Below are positions 35,376 to 46,673 of a stretch of 64,000 nt of DNA, in pieces (the first letter of the stretch is position 1; the number at the start of each line of letters is the position of its first letter). Source of the stretch: Balanoglossus misakiensis (lineage: Eukaryota; Animalia; Hemichordata); assembly GCA_040954595.2 (NCBI GenBank), contig CM082596.2, forward strand, positions 3,209,139-3,273,138. Direction: 5' to 3'. The translations under genes and the position numbers were made by a program. The notes below the pieces were generated by a model. It made no database searches. It saw only the letters and a program-made list of their open reading frames with translations, and had not been told where the DNA came from.

Positions 35376-36815
35376 CAGTATGGATGTGGTGATCACTTAG
35401 AACCCTTTTCCTAAATGTGTGGACATTGTACATTAACATTTTCATTCATTTACAACACACGCATGGCGATTTTTTATCTATTGCAACAGGTTACACTAGG
35501 TCAGATACCACGTGATAAACTAGCAGAGCGAGATAATGATGGCCACGAGTACTTTGACAAATAGTTCACTTAACAAGCAAACACGTTTGATTGATGGACT
35601 GTTGCATGTTATGACCTATTGCATGGGTCGTTCAATTCCATCCAGTACGGGTACACCTCGCTTTAGACCAATCAGTACTCGTAATCCTGTATTTTTGTAC
35701 ATAGCAGCTTTTACCAAAGAAGATAGACAGTACGGTATTTAAGAAACATTGATTTGCGGTATCCTTTAATAAAATGAGTTTTGCATCTGTCGTTTGTGTG
35801 GGGCTGACATGATTTGTACTGTTTGAACGGCCTGCAGGGACGTATATTTTCCTGCATGTTGTTACGTCTGCGTCGATAAGTGTAGCACAGTCTCATATAT
35901 CGTGTATCATATGCTGCTGCTGAGATATGTCCGTTATCATCATGTCCACGAGTTGCTTGGCAACTGGTCACGTGACAGTCGCAGTCTCCAGTCGAATCTC
36001 CCGGCGATGTCGTTTATTGACAAGATTCGATGAGTACATTGTCGGCTTCTCCCATAAAATTTATATTTCAACAGTAAAATGATAACATTTATGTTCAAAA
36101 TACATGTACACGAATATGCATGCGTTAATGTCATGCGGCTGTTTTGCATTCCGGTACTTTGCGATGTAAAAACACCTGCAAAGCGAAACTGGGCAACAAT
36201 ATTGACATGCTTGATTAATTGGGTTAGTATGAAATAATTGAACCAAGCTTTTGTGCCATGGCCGGCCGTCTAATAAGAGAGAAACAAAAGACTATTGCTT
36301 TTGTTCAGTTTCACAAATTCCTAAATTACACAGAATAATCAGACGCCGAGTTTTAGGCTCAATAAGACACACATATCTGGTCTTGGTTAACTGAATTATT
36401 TATTCGCCTTTCGGTTCACTGGTTCCATCTCATGCCTTCTTGGAAGACGCACGTTCATTGCTGCTGCCGCGCATCTGACAAACCTACGGTTGCCATGGAC
36501 ACATTTTCTTTGGAGTGATGCCAAAAGTGGTTAATACCAACACCGCACACGCTAAATTTTGTATTATTTAAATGACATACTGTATAGTAAAGTAAAGGGC
36601 AGCCACCATGCTATCCACAGTCGTGAAGGCACGCTGATATTTATATGCGCACTGTGGTCCATTTTTAGAGAGCGAAAATAGAACGAGTTCGCATTCTTTA
36701 CGGTGGCTGCTGATCTAAATTTAAAACAGGGTCATTATCACACGCTGTAAAACAAAGAAAACATACAGAAAAGTCCACAATTATTGTCATGATGATAATA
36801 TTCACAGAATGACCA

Positions 36816-37523
36816 TCATTTCCCGCTGAGGTACTGCTTTATCGCGGCCGCTCCGTTCCTACACACATCCATCGGGGGGTTCTCCATCGGGTTGCCGTCC
36901 ACCATGATCTTCTTCAGCTTGGGGAGTTTCGTTATGGCGCTCGGCAGCTCGGAGATGTTGTTGTCCTGCGCCCAGATCTCTTCCAGTTGCGGCATGCTGG
37001 CGATGCAGTCGGGAAGGGCCGTCAGCTGGTTGTCGTTCACGACCAAGACCTTGAGGCACCGCAGGCTGGCGAGGTTCTCCGGCAGCTCCGTGAGTTTGTT
37101 GTGGCGCATGTAAAGCTCCTCGATTTCGGAGCCGCTCAGCGCCTCCGGGAATTCCTCGAATTCGTTGCTGTCCAGCCAGAGCTCACGGAGGTTCAGCAAA
37201 CGGGAGATGTTCCGCGGCAGTGACCTCAGCCGGTTTCCCCGCAGGTCCAACACCCTCAGCTCGCGCAACTCACAGACGACTTCTGGTATCTCCTCCAGAC
37301 CGTTCTCGCTGAACGTGAGGCTCTCCAGCCGCTTGAGATGCACGACATCATTCGGCACGTCCACAATGTTGTTTCCCTTTAAACTGAGGCCCATTAAATT
37401 CCTCTGTCCGTAGACTGCCTTCGGGATGACTGTGAGCCGCGAGTTGTCCAGGTCGACACACACGCCGAGGTCTCCCTGGTTGTTGATGAACGGCTCAAAG
37501 AACAGCTTGTGTCCATCAGACAT
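36816..37523 (-). CDS. LRR-only cytosolic protein, 235 aa, single coding exon
   Basis: About 8 LxxLxLxxNxLxxLP repeats; C-terminal cap GNPMENPPMDVCRNGAAAIKQYL; no signal peptide; strong GC3 codon bias. Confidence 0.9.
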   Translation of the reverse strand: MSDGHKLFFEPFINNQGDLGVCVDLDNSRLTVIPKAVYGQRNLMGLSLKGNNIVDVPNDVVHLKRLESLTFSENGLEEIPEVVCELRELRVLDLRGNRLRSLPRNISRLLNLRELWLDSNEFEEFPEALSGSEIEELYMRHNKLTELPENLASLRCLKVLVVNDNQLTALPDCIASMPQLEEIWAQDNNISELPSAITKLPKLKKIMVDGNPMENPPMDVCRNGAAAIKQYLSGK

Positions 37524-37889
37524 TTTGAGCTGATTTTCTCCTCCAAGCCCGTTTTATGATTGATAGAGCGCGTTGTTCTGGCTCTCTCCAGCACCTGTTG
37601 GTGACGATGTGCGCACAAAATAATAACGAGCCTCTTGCTTGAAGTTGAAACCAACCGATGTCCTGGATGCGATGATGTATTCCTGACAAGTTGGGTCTTC
37701 TCGGAGATCCACGTTGCAAATGCTGTTCTCGCACGTCTTATCAGCGCTCAAATTATCGCGTCACCAAAATCAGCATAAAATTGTGTCCCGTACTCTAGAA
37801 GGTGTGGTCATGATATAAAAGTCATTATTTTGTGCTCCGACATCTCCACTCTTTAAAAAAAAACGCCTGATATATATCCCAACACGATG

Positions 37890-37960
37890 TCACTTTCACT
37901 TGTCGGTTTCACGCGCAGTCTCACAAACGTCTAAATGCTGCACACAAATTCGGTTTCAAC
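37890..37960 (-). promoter_or_regulatory. Cluster of IRF/ISRE-like GAAA motifs upstream of the LRR-only gene
   Basis: Minus strand reads AAGTGAAAGTGA (37890-37901), adjacent GTGAAACCG, and TTGAAACCGAAT near 37948-37959. TATA-like tatata at ~37871. Confidence 0.35.
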
Positions 37961-39166
37961 CCCAGCGCTTGAACTTTGCGACACAGACAGATAATATCAG
38001 GCAGAGTCCGACACTGCTGACACATTTATGGGATTGATGATGTGTAACACGCGGAGGCCTCGCAAACTGACCCCAACCCGATCAGAGTTATGTTAATATG
38101 TCAGCCAACAAACGCTAAACCGTTAATTCAATGACCTCCTAATGGATGACCGAGCACGTATACGTGTTAATGGTCCAATGGAATTGTAGGAAATGAAATT
38201 TGTAAATGTGGTCCGTTCTGACAAAATTGACGGCTGTGATTCTAATATTTCGAGAAGTTCATGGTGCCATTTTAATCATTTCCCCATCAAATCGAAAATA
38301 AACATACTCGATGTGAAAGGGACTCAAATGATACGGGCACGAACGTATTACATGTACACCTTCTATGAAACCGCGATTTTCCAATTATTAAATGTTTGAA
38401 AACGACAGTGTAATCTCACTAATGAATATTTTAGTAAGTATTCGTGCATGTACTTATACCGGCCTCAGTATTACTCTATTACACTACTTACTAGACCTGA
38501 TGGTATCTCGACAGGTATGGTTACACGCTCCTGCGCGGGGAACATGCGCATTGTATGATGTCAGAAAGCCACAACATATTATGGAGTCGTTTACATGTTT
38601 CCATAGAAACGTACAGCAAATTAATGATGGAAGATGTAGGAGCAAAGTGAGTATTTCTTTTACGACACATTAATTTAGTTTTATGACATGAGTAATCTCA
38701 TTCGGAACCAAGTCGTTTTTCTGCGGATATTTTTAATTTTTATATCCCATGGCATGACGAAAAATTCTTACGAGATTCACGAGCTTTTCCGCTTAGTTTT
38801 TATATCAGTGCAGGACGTTATTATATATTAGCTGGAATATGTAGCCAAAACATCTGTACCACCAGAATGCGGAAACTTGTAAATTGTGGATAGTCGTCCA
38901 TCGATGTGAATTGAATTGTGATTGCAGTCGTTTCGCATATACCTGTACAACATAAATAAGCTGTCAGTAATACATGTAACGGCCTCGTTGATCCATGTAT
39001 GTTCATGATGTTATACCTGTATCTTGCAGTAATTAGTTATTCAATTATTCATGTGACGTAATAGTACTTACCTTCAATTGGTTGATCTTAATTATATGCA
39101 AACCACCTGGAAGTTTCATTTGACCAATGAACACAAGCTAATCTGGCACTATGATGTAGTTGCTGA

Positions 39167-39200
39167 TATAAAAGGACATTGTGCATAAAATTGGTCAGTT
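39167..39200 (+). promoter_or_regulatory. TATA box + Initiator core promoter, probably of A2
   Basis: TATAAAAG at 39167 and Inr TCAGTT with its A at 39197 (30 nt spacing), followed by a splice donor cag|gttagt at 39260 (5' UTR exon). Confidence 0.55.
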
Positions 39201-39479
39201 CACCTCTGTAGCCAGACCGGCCACACACGTTGGAACTGACATGTATTTGTTCCATTTCAGGTTAGTTTCCTTGTACCTTATTATCTGTTGCTTGAAGCTT
39301 TGTATTTTGGTGCATTCTACCGACTCATTTCAGCACAAGTAATTGGTGTCTTGAACTTGCGTCAATTTTCCAATTGTATTTCTGTATTTTTCACTTGCAT
39401 GAATTTTGGTGTATTCTGTTGGAGGTGAACTCCCATACATGTGTGTAATTTAGCAGTTCACCTCTGTAGCCAGACCGGC
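39196..39479. repeat. 26-bp exact direct repeat cagttcacctctgtagccagaccggc
   Basis: Copies at 39196-39221 and 39454-39479. Confidence 0.85.
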
Positions 39480-39746
39480 ATAACATACTGTATATGGCAA
39501 TAACCTCAATAATGTTAGAAGTGAATGATGACACCACGATATGCAGTCTATTCCCTTCAATGCAAGTCTGATCTTTCTTCAATGTTTGTCGCTGATGGCG
39601 CCTCATGTGCCTGTGTACGCAGGGGTTGCATAGGGCCGTTTGTTGATAGACATGTTAACGATGGCCAATCTTCGGTCATCTCGGGACGATGACAATAGCG
39701 CCACCGTATAAACCACAGTTAACTTCTTACAAAGCCGGACTCCGAA

Positions 39747-41871
39747 ATGGGGGATGTGCAATGCGTACTTGTTTTCGCTAAGCTCGTTTCTTTTCAAAAA
39801 GCGGCAAAACGAGTTCGTTCTCTCCTCGAACAAGTGGTCGAGGATGACGACCAACTGAACGGAAAGGTGATTGTCAAGAAATATAAAGGCGGAGACAAGT
39901 GGCCCACCGATGACTTCGCTACCACCACGGTCGTCGTCGTAATCGACGCCAGACAAAGTCGTGTTTGTCTCGTCCAATCGAGGCGAGACAGCAGTATTGA
40001 CCACAGGGCAGAATTGGACATGCTTTATAAGACATCCACAAAACCAAAAGGTAAATGTTTAAATACACAGATATTTTTATAGCAAAGTTTTCGATCTGCA
40101 GCTTTATTATCTGGCCAGATAGCCCAAACTTTTGATTGCGCGTGTGCTGCAATTTCTAAATTATTTTAAGTGCAGTGTTTGTATGTATTCGATCTCGAAG
40201 GGTGTTGCTATCAACGACCTTTGATTTTATGTCATCGCCCCTTTGCTTTTTCTGTTGTACTAGCAGCGTGCTTTTAGTATTAACTGTTGATTTTGAAAAA
40301 TACAACACAGCTTTTTATTTTATTTTATTTTATTTTTATCAAAGGTTCAATTTTGGTTGTTATATACGGAGATAGCCAATCTGAAAATATGAGTGACGAC
40401 AAGCTGGTCGCCGACAAGTGGATTCAAACTTGGAAATTCAATGACAAAGTGGCGCAGACTCTCGTTCAGCGCAGTAGACTATTTTCCATATCGGACAATT
40501 TTAACGCAAAACAGGTGGCAGTCATTGTGGACTATTTGTACAAGTTACCACTGATTCCGATTCATGCCCCGGACTCCAACGTTCTGGTCATCGGAAAGAG
40601 AGACCCGCTGACGGAAGAAGCTGCAGAACTCCGCCGCGACCCGTTTCTCACCGATCACATCGTTCAGCACGAGCGTCAGTTTACCGTCCAGGAATCGAAG
40701 TACATCTCGCTCGTTCACGGACAATGTGACGACGCAAACGGCCACCTGAGAACATACTTCGTCGACGACCTCGCAACGCCGAAGGTCTGCGATCTACCTG
40801 ACGGACAAGAGATTAATTTGCTCACCACTAAAGACTTTAAGGACTACGGAATTGATAACATGATGGATTTTCACATTGTCCAGGTGCCTCGTGTGCTCTG
40901 GTTCAACCGATTTCCAAAATTCGACCAAGTTCTACTGGTACCTCACTGTGGCGTCTGTTTCTGTAGACTGACCGCGGAACAAGATCGCATTGGACAGCAC
41001 CTCAAGTCAGCACTAAGTAGGTATAACAAACGTCCCGAATGTTGTAACTTTGAAAATTAAGAATGTTATTAGCCATAAACTTTTATCCACGATTAACCCG
41101 AAGATGACGAATTCTTAAAGGAAGCTCGTGCTTTTTTATAGCCGAGTACAGTACAAAAATAGGCCATAGGCTAAAGTAGACTTCTAAGTCGCCCTACTTA
41201 TCAATGTTTATTGAAATAATTCATTCAGCTATTATCGTTAGCCATTAGGCCATCACTAACACGATTGTCAATTTATTCTCAGGTAAACTTGGCATTCAGC
41301 TGAGCCCCAACGCCAGGGTGCTACCATTAATGACAACTGGCTGTCAAGAGCCCTCAGTCAGAACGAAGGCTTTGGCATTTGTAGACGACGCAATTGAAAA
41401 GGATGCAAATCTGACTGACGAGTCCAAAACCGCTCTCAAAAGACAACTTGGGTGTTTTAGCGAGGACGACAGTTTTATCTGGGACTTGTATACGATGCAT
41501 ATGTACAACTTCCAGCCAGGTCAGTTGAATATTCATCGGCTTTCATATACGAAACACTAGTTTTTTCAAACCCGACATGTCCGAATACGAGAGACTTGAA
41601 CAAAGTACTCTGTACACGTCTGCATTGGTAGAAACCTTTAATCCTTGCAAAATTGTTAACATTTTTCTCTGACCAACTCTTTAAACTGCTGAGAAACGTC
41701 AACCGCAAAGTGTTTTTCATTATGAGACGCTGGTAATTTTGTCTTTCAGGACTAAAACCAAAAGAGCATCGACTGGACACTCAATCAGCCTCTACAGATC
41801 AAAAGGGACATGGACAGAGAAAAGAAGAATCAAATCTGCACAGTGAAGATTGTTCACTACCTATGGCATAG
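39747..41871 (+). CDS. Orphan family A, copy A2 (444 aa)
   Basis: Exons 39747-40050, 40345-41016, 41283-41519, 41750-41871 (1335 nt, open, all phase-1 introns). First two intron positions identical to A1 (after TSTKPK, before KLGI). Last exon is the least certain. Confidence 0.85.
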
Positions 41872-42899
41872 TGGAGGGACCCCGGTTGAGCAGACTTACA
41901 GACGTACACGCCCTATTGAATAAACGAACGTGTTTACCTTAGAACTAACATTCTACGACATAGGAAGTTTCTTAACGAGATTTTAACGACAGCATTAAAC
42001 GACATCAAAAATGAGTTGGGGATCTTTATCGGGGATTTTAGAATGGCCGAGATGTGCAGGGTCGAACTGTTGCAGGTTTTTATTAATGACTGTGTGTTAC
42101 CATTGTTATGGACTCTATCTAGGACTGAATTTATGCCTCGAAGAGCGTCGGCGCACCTAATGTATTTTGACTCAGCGTAATAAAGTATGGGCGCTTCACC
42201 ATTGGTAAGCACCAACGCCCAAAATTCTACATCGCCTTGTCCGTCTTTGTCTCTCTCTCTCTGCTTTTGGGTCTGTACTTAATACTCTCGCAAAAACATT
42301 GCAATCGACGTGTGTTAAACCAATGTGCATTAAAAATACTTCACTATATGTATCCGTCATTCAAAATATTTATGTTTCAGTTGATTGGTTATTCGTTTAT
42401 TTATTTTTGCTTGGCTTTGATATTTGTATTTACTAGTCAATGTTATTATACATTTACTATACATAAAGACAAAAAAGACATAAAAATAAAACTCTGGTTT
42501 TTTTTTCTCTCCGATGTATTATGTTTGTGAAATTTCCATGGATATGAACTACAACACATATGTGTGTACACACTCTTTAAATGTCATATATGTCAGTTAA
42601 CGAATCAATCAATCAATCGAATAATTAAATAAGTGATATTTTCTTAGTACACTAGTCTAGAGAAATTAGCTACAAAGTCAAACCATGCATGTGATTTCGG
42701 ACGGGTTTACAAACGGTCACATTGAAAGTATTGTTATTTTTTTGAAGTTGGATTTTAGGATCCTCCTGTGTATGTATAATATAAACCGTATAATACAATA
42801 TAGGGGTAACAACCATGCTTAAGCTTGTTTATAAAATACAAGGCTGTGATTTAAGTTGATTTAATTATACGGCGGTTGGTGTCGCCATCCTTTTACTTT

Positions 42900-44011
42900 T
42901 TAGTTGCAAGCAGCTTCTGTTTTGTCAGTTTCGACTGAGGACGCCCCTTTATTCATGTATACTTTTCCTGCATGAAGGATAACTTCGAGTATAGACAGAG
43001 CATTCTGCCTGCGATCGGGGTCCATGCCTGTAAAATCGTTGCGTTCTTGGTCAAGGTTGGATATGGTGAAAATGTTGGCGCGAGTCACTGTAGTTGCTGC
43101 CGTAATGGCCTGGATTTTTTCCTCTATCTCGTCTTCTGTGCCTTCTGCTTGATCGATATGTGTGACGACAACAAAGACCTTTAAACCACTTTCTGCAAGA
43201 AAACGTTAAACGTTATGGAAAAAAGTAACCGAAATTCACAGAGTGTGGAATATGTAGACGTGTAAATCTAGGAGTATTAGTTTAAAACATTGACGTTTTT
43301 TAAAGTTTTAATTTTTGTCTGCTACGGCGTAACTTGAAAAAGAAGACTTACTTAATTTGTATACTTCACCCATGAGTGGATCTATCATGCTGTCAACTTC
43401 TGCTGCCCACTTATGGATGAAAACTATTGCCGATGGTTTCTTAAAGCCACTTCTCAGCTTGAATGCAGACTCTTCACCGACAGGGCTCCTATTGGCAGGC
43501 AATCTTCCGTTCAGTATTCTCCGAATTGCTCTCCTGGTTCTCTCATCTGGATCGTTTCCTGGGGTTGTGATCGTTTGTTTACACGAACCGGGAACATCAC
43601 TCAGCCAGAACGGTTTATTATCTACAGTGACTTCGTATGGTTTGTAAACAGCTGAACCAACACCACCTTGCATATATGCTTGGGCTGGCCCCTGGATGCC
43701 AGTTACAGCCTAAAAATGCAAAGATGTATGGTGTAAAAACTTGTGGCAATCAAATAAGCTGAACAAAAGAGAACAAACAAACAAACAGACGTACGTACAT
43801 ACATACATACATACATACATACATACATACATACATACATACATACATACATACATACATACATACATACATACATACATACATACATACATACATACAT
43901 ACATACATACATACATACATACATACATACATACATACATACATACATACATACATACATACATACATACATACATACATACATACATACATACATACAT
44001 ACATACATACA

Positions 44012-44042
<31 letters not shown>

Positions 44043-46673
44043 CCGAATTGTTTGTCCAATGTAGGCCTTATTCATACAAAAAAAAAGTGAATTCTAAATT
44101 ACTCTATACAATGAATTGATTGTTGATGATTTCCCTGTTCCAGGGGCACCGAAGAAGACAGTATTCTGGCCACAAATGCAGTCCTTGATATCACCTGGAA
44201 TTGAATCGGAGAAAATCATCTTGGGATATGGAAATGGTGTCGATATAAAAATGCCTCCATACATTCAAATATAACGACCGTCATCGATTCGGAATTCTAT
44301 TTACTTGAATTGTTGGGATTTGCTTGTAATCCGAATGTATTTTACAAGTTGTAGATCAACGTGAAGGTTCAGGAAATATAACTTACTAATGGAAGTGGTT
44401 TTCCGAACTTTCTCGATCTCGAAAACAAACTTTTGGAGGCCGATATCTTCAATCGCTTTTGTAGAATCCAGATGGACGCTCTTTCCAGTAACTTTTGGGT
44501 ATTCGTAAATTCTCATCTGACCTCCGTTTTTTATTTCATTCTGAAGGGATTTCATGTGATCCTCCGAAAAACGGAAGTCTGGCAGCCTTTTCAATATGTT
44601 TTTGGTCATTCCAAATACCGTCTCGTTTTTTCGGCATAGCATGGCGATGTTATTGTCACCGTGGATAATTTGCACTTGAAGTAAATCTGCAAAAGAAGAA
44701 TAGGTTCGAAGGAATGGAAATAATGTGGCGTTTTACATGAAATAACGCCAGTGATATTTTTATCAAACGTCATGATATTCACGTTAAACGTCATCAGTTT
44801 CTGCTGGGTCCTAGCCATAGCAATAAACGAAGCATGCCTGTATGCTACTTGTTGCATGCTTGGACCTGGCCTCGGACGGAACCTAGCTAAGAAATGATGA
44901 ACAGGAAATTTAGGTAAAATGCTAACACATCATATTTTAGGTACTGATGGTTATTAAGGTTTAAGTTATTTATTTATTTATTTTGACTGACCTCAAGTGG
45001 GGTCATTTAATAGAAAACATCTCCGCGTGACGGGGGCGATACTGATCGCGGACCCACCCACTGAGGGAAACTTCGCGACACGGAGGTTGTCGCGCAGTTC
45101 ATAATAGTTTCAAAAATGGGCCCAACTCTTCCCAATGTCACAAAACAAAACATTTTGGGGTCAGTTTCGATTTAACTTCTTTTAAACGTCCATACTTCAG
45201 CAAAATTTACGAATAAATTATAAAAATGCATCCGTGTTGTCGACTTGCACTTAATATCGACCGTCCCGTTCCGAAGTGCAAAATACGAACAATTTCCATA
45301 ATCAAAATTAAAGGTGTTTTTTGGATGTGCGAGACGGAGCAGACGGGCAGGGGATACTTTGTGCGACGTGTGTGCAACCATTTCCGCATATAGACAGTTA
45401 AAACCCTCACCATATCCCATTATCCGCGTCATGTGTACAAATTGATGATCGCGTATCTAACGTCAACATCATAAACATTAGGTGCAATGATTGTAACGGG
45501 TGCTGCTAGGTTGAGTGCGAACACACCACTCAATCATTGCAGCTACATGAACATGGTCAAGTTGTTTACCAGGGCAATAAAATACCACGGTCACTACACA
45601 AGAAAATCCGTTTAATACAGGACATAAAATGTATTGCTAGAGTTCAATTATGCAAACGTTAGAGAGATATTGTAACAATTAAGTTATCACCCCGCACCCG
45701 AATCGATATCACCCCTTTGCTCTTCGTTGAGTGTATAGTCTGGTAGACGAATTTCCAAACTTTGATATTTTTCCTCACAAGGAAAATTTTTCACGGCGTA
45801 CGCGAAAGTAGTAACCTCGCGTCTTTTTGCTAAAACCATTCGCAGAAACCTCGTGACAACAAATGGTTGTCGCATATCATAGCGTTGTTTTCATCGGCGC
45901 GTACCAATGACAGTGGTGCAAGAAATAGGCATAATTTCTCCAGAGTGTAGCAGCTGTTATGCGACCACAACCACACTTGTTGCAATATCTCATATTGTTT
46001 TTCTGTCTCTCATGTGGTACATGTAATTTATTAATATAGTCACATATGCTTTATTTGTGGTAGAATTGTCTTTTCAGAGTGTCAGATATCATGTCATCAG
46101 AGCCCTCTGAACTTCATAGCCCCAATGAATTCAGAATTATTGGGATCTCAGATTCCTGGTCTTGAAACCCTTAATTTTTCTGAGATAACATGCATATACA
46201 TGGATATTTACATGGATTTCAATTGAATGCATGGAGGCATGATCGAGTAATTTGGAAACTATGACTTGTGCTGAAACAAGATAATTGCAACAAGCAAAAC
46301 TTCAAAGTGGCCTATAATGGGCAATACAGGGCTGCAGCAACAATGGCAAATACATGTACTCACCAATATCGAATTCCAATGAGAATTTTTTTATCTCTTC
46401 CAGCGGAGTACGAGGATGAATTACTTCCTTTCTCGTACCATCATCCTGGACAGAATATATCGTGACATCGCCTGGACTGAGAGATGCATCGTCATGTAAC
46501 TTTATCTTGAAATCTTCGGCCTTGTTTATTATCAATTCCGCTAGATTGTGTGTAACATCATTAAGAAGACAATTGACTTGGATTGGATTCTTCGGTCCGT
46601 ATTTATAACGTAGATACAGAGGTAAGCTTGGTGCTGCTAATTGTGGTAATTCTTGTTGAACGTTGTCAGCCAT
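42900..46673 (-). CDS. Family B, copy B2 (450 aa): two ubiquitin-like domains + IFI44-like P-loop GTPase
   Basis: Exons 46673-46364, 44686-44387, 44194-44103, 43709-43352, 43192-42900 (1353 nt, open). Same intron positions and phases as B1, including a 92-nt P-loop exon. Motifs GQNTVFFGAPGTGKSSTIN, LSDVPG, RILNGRLPA, IVFIHKW, VVVTHID, IFTISN. Confidence 0.88.
43796..44042. repeat. (TACA)n tetranucleotide microsatellite in B2 intron 3
   Basis: Direct reading, ~245 bp near-perfect. Confidence 0.98.

Noticed and set aside
43703-44075. MYVC/YIHT repeat ORFs; possible CRISPR-like array
   Set aside because: Pure (TACA)n microsatellite with no spacers, in eukaryotic intron context.
45687-45875. 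62-aa ORF in the large first intron of B2 as a possible extra exon
   Set aside because: No counterpart in B1, no recognisable motif, and B2 splices in frame without it.
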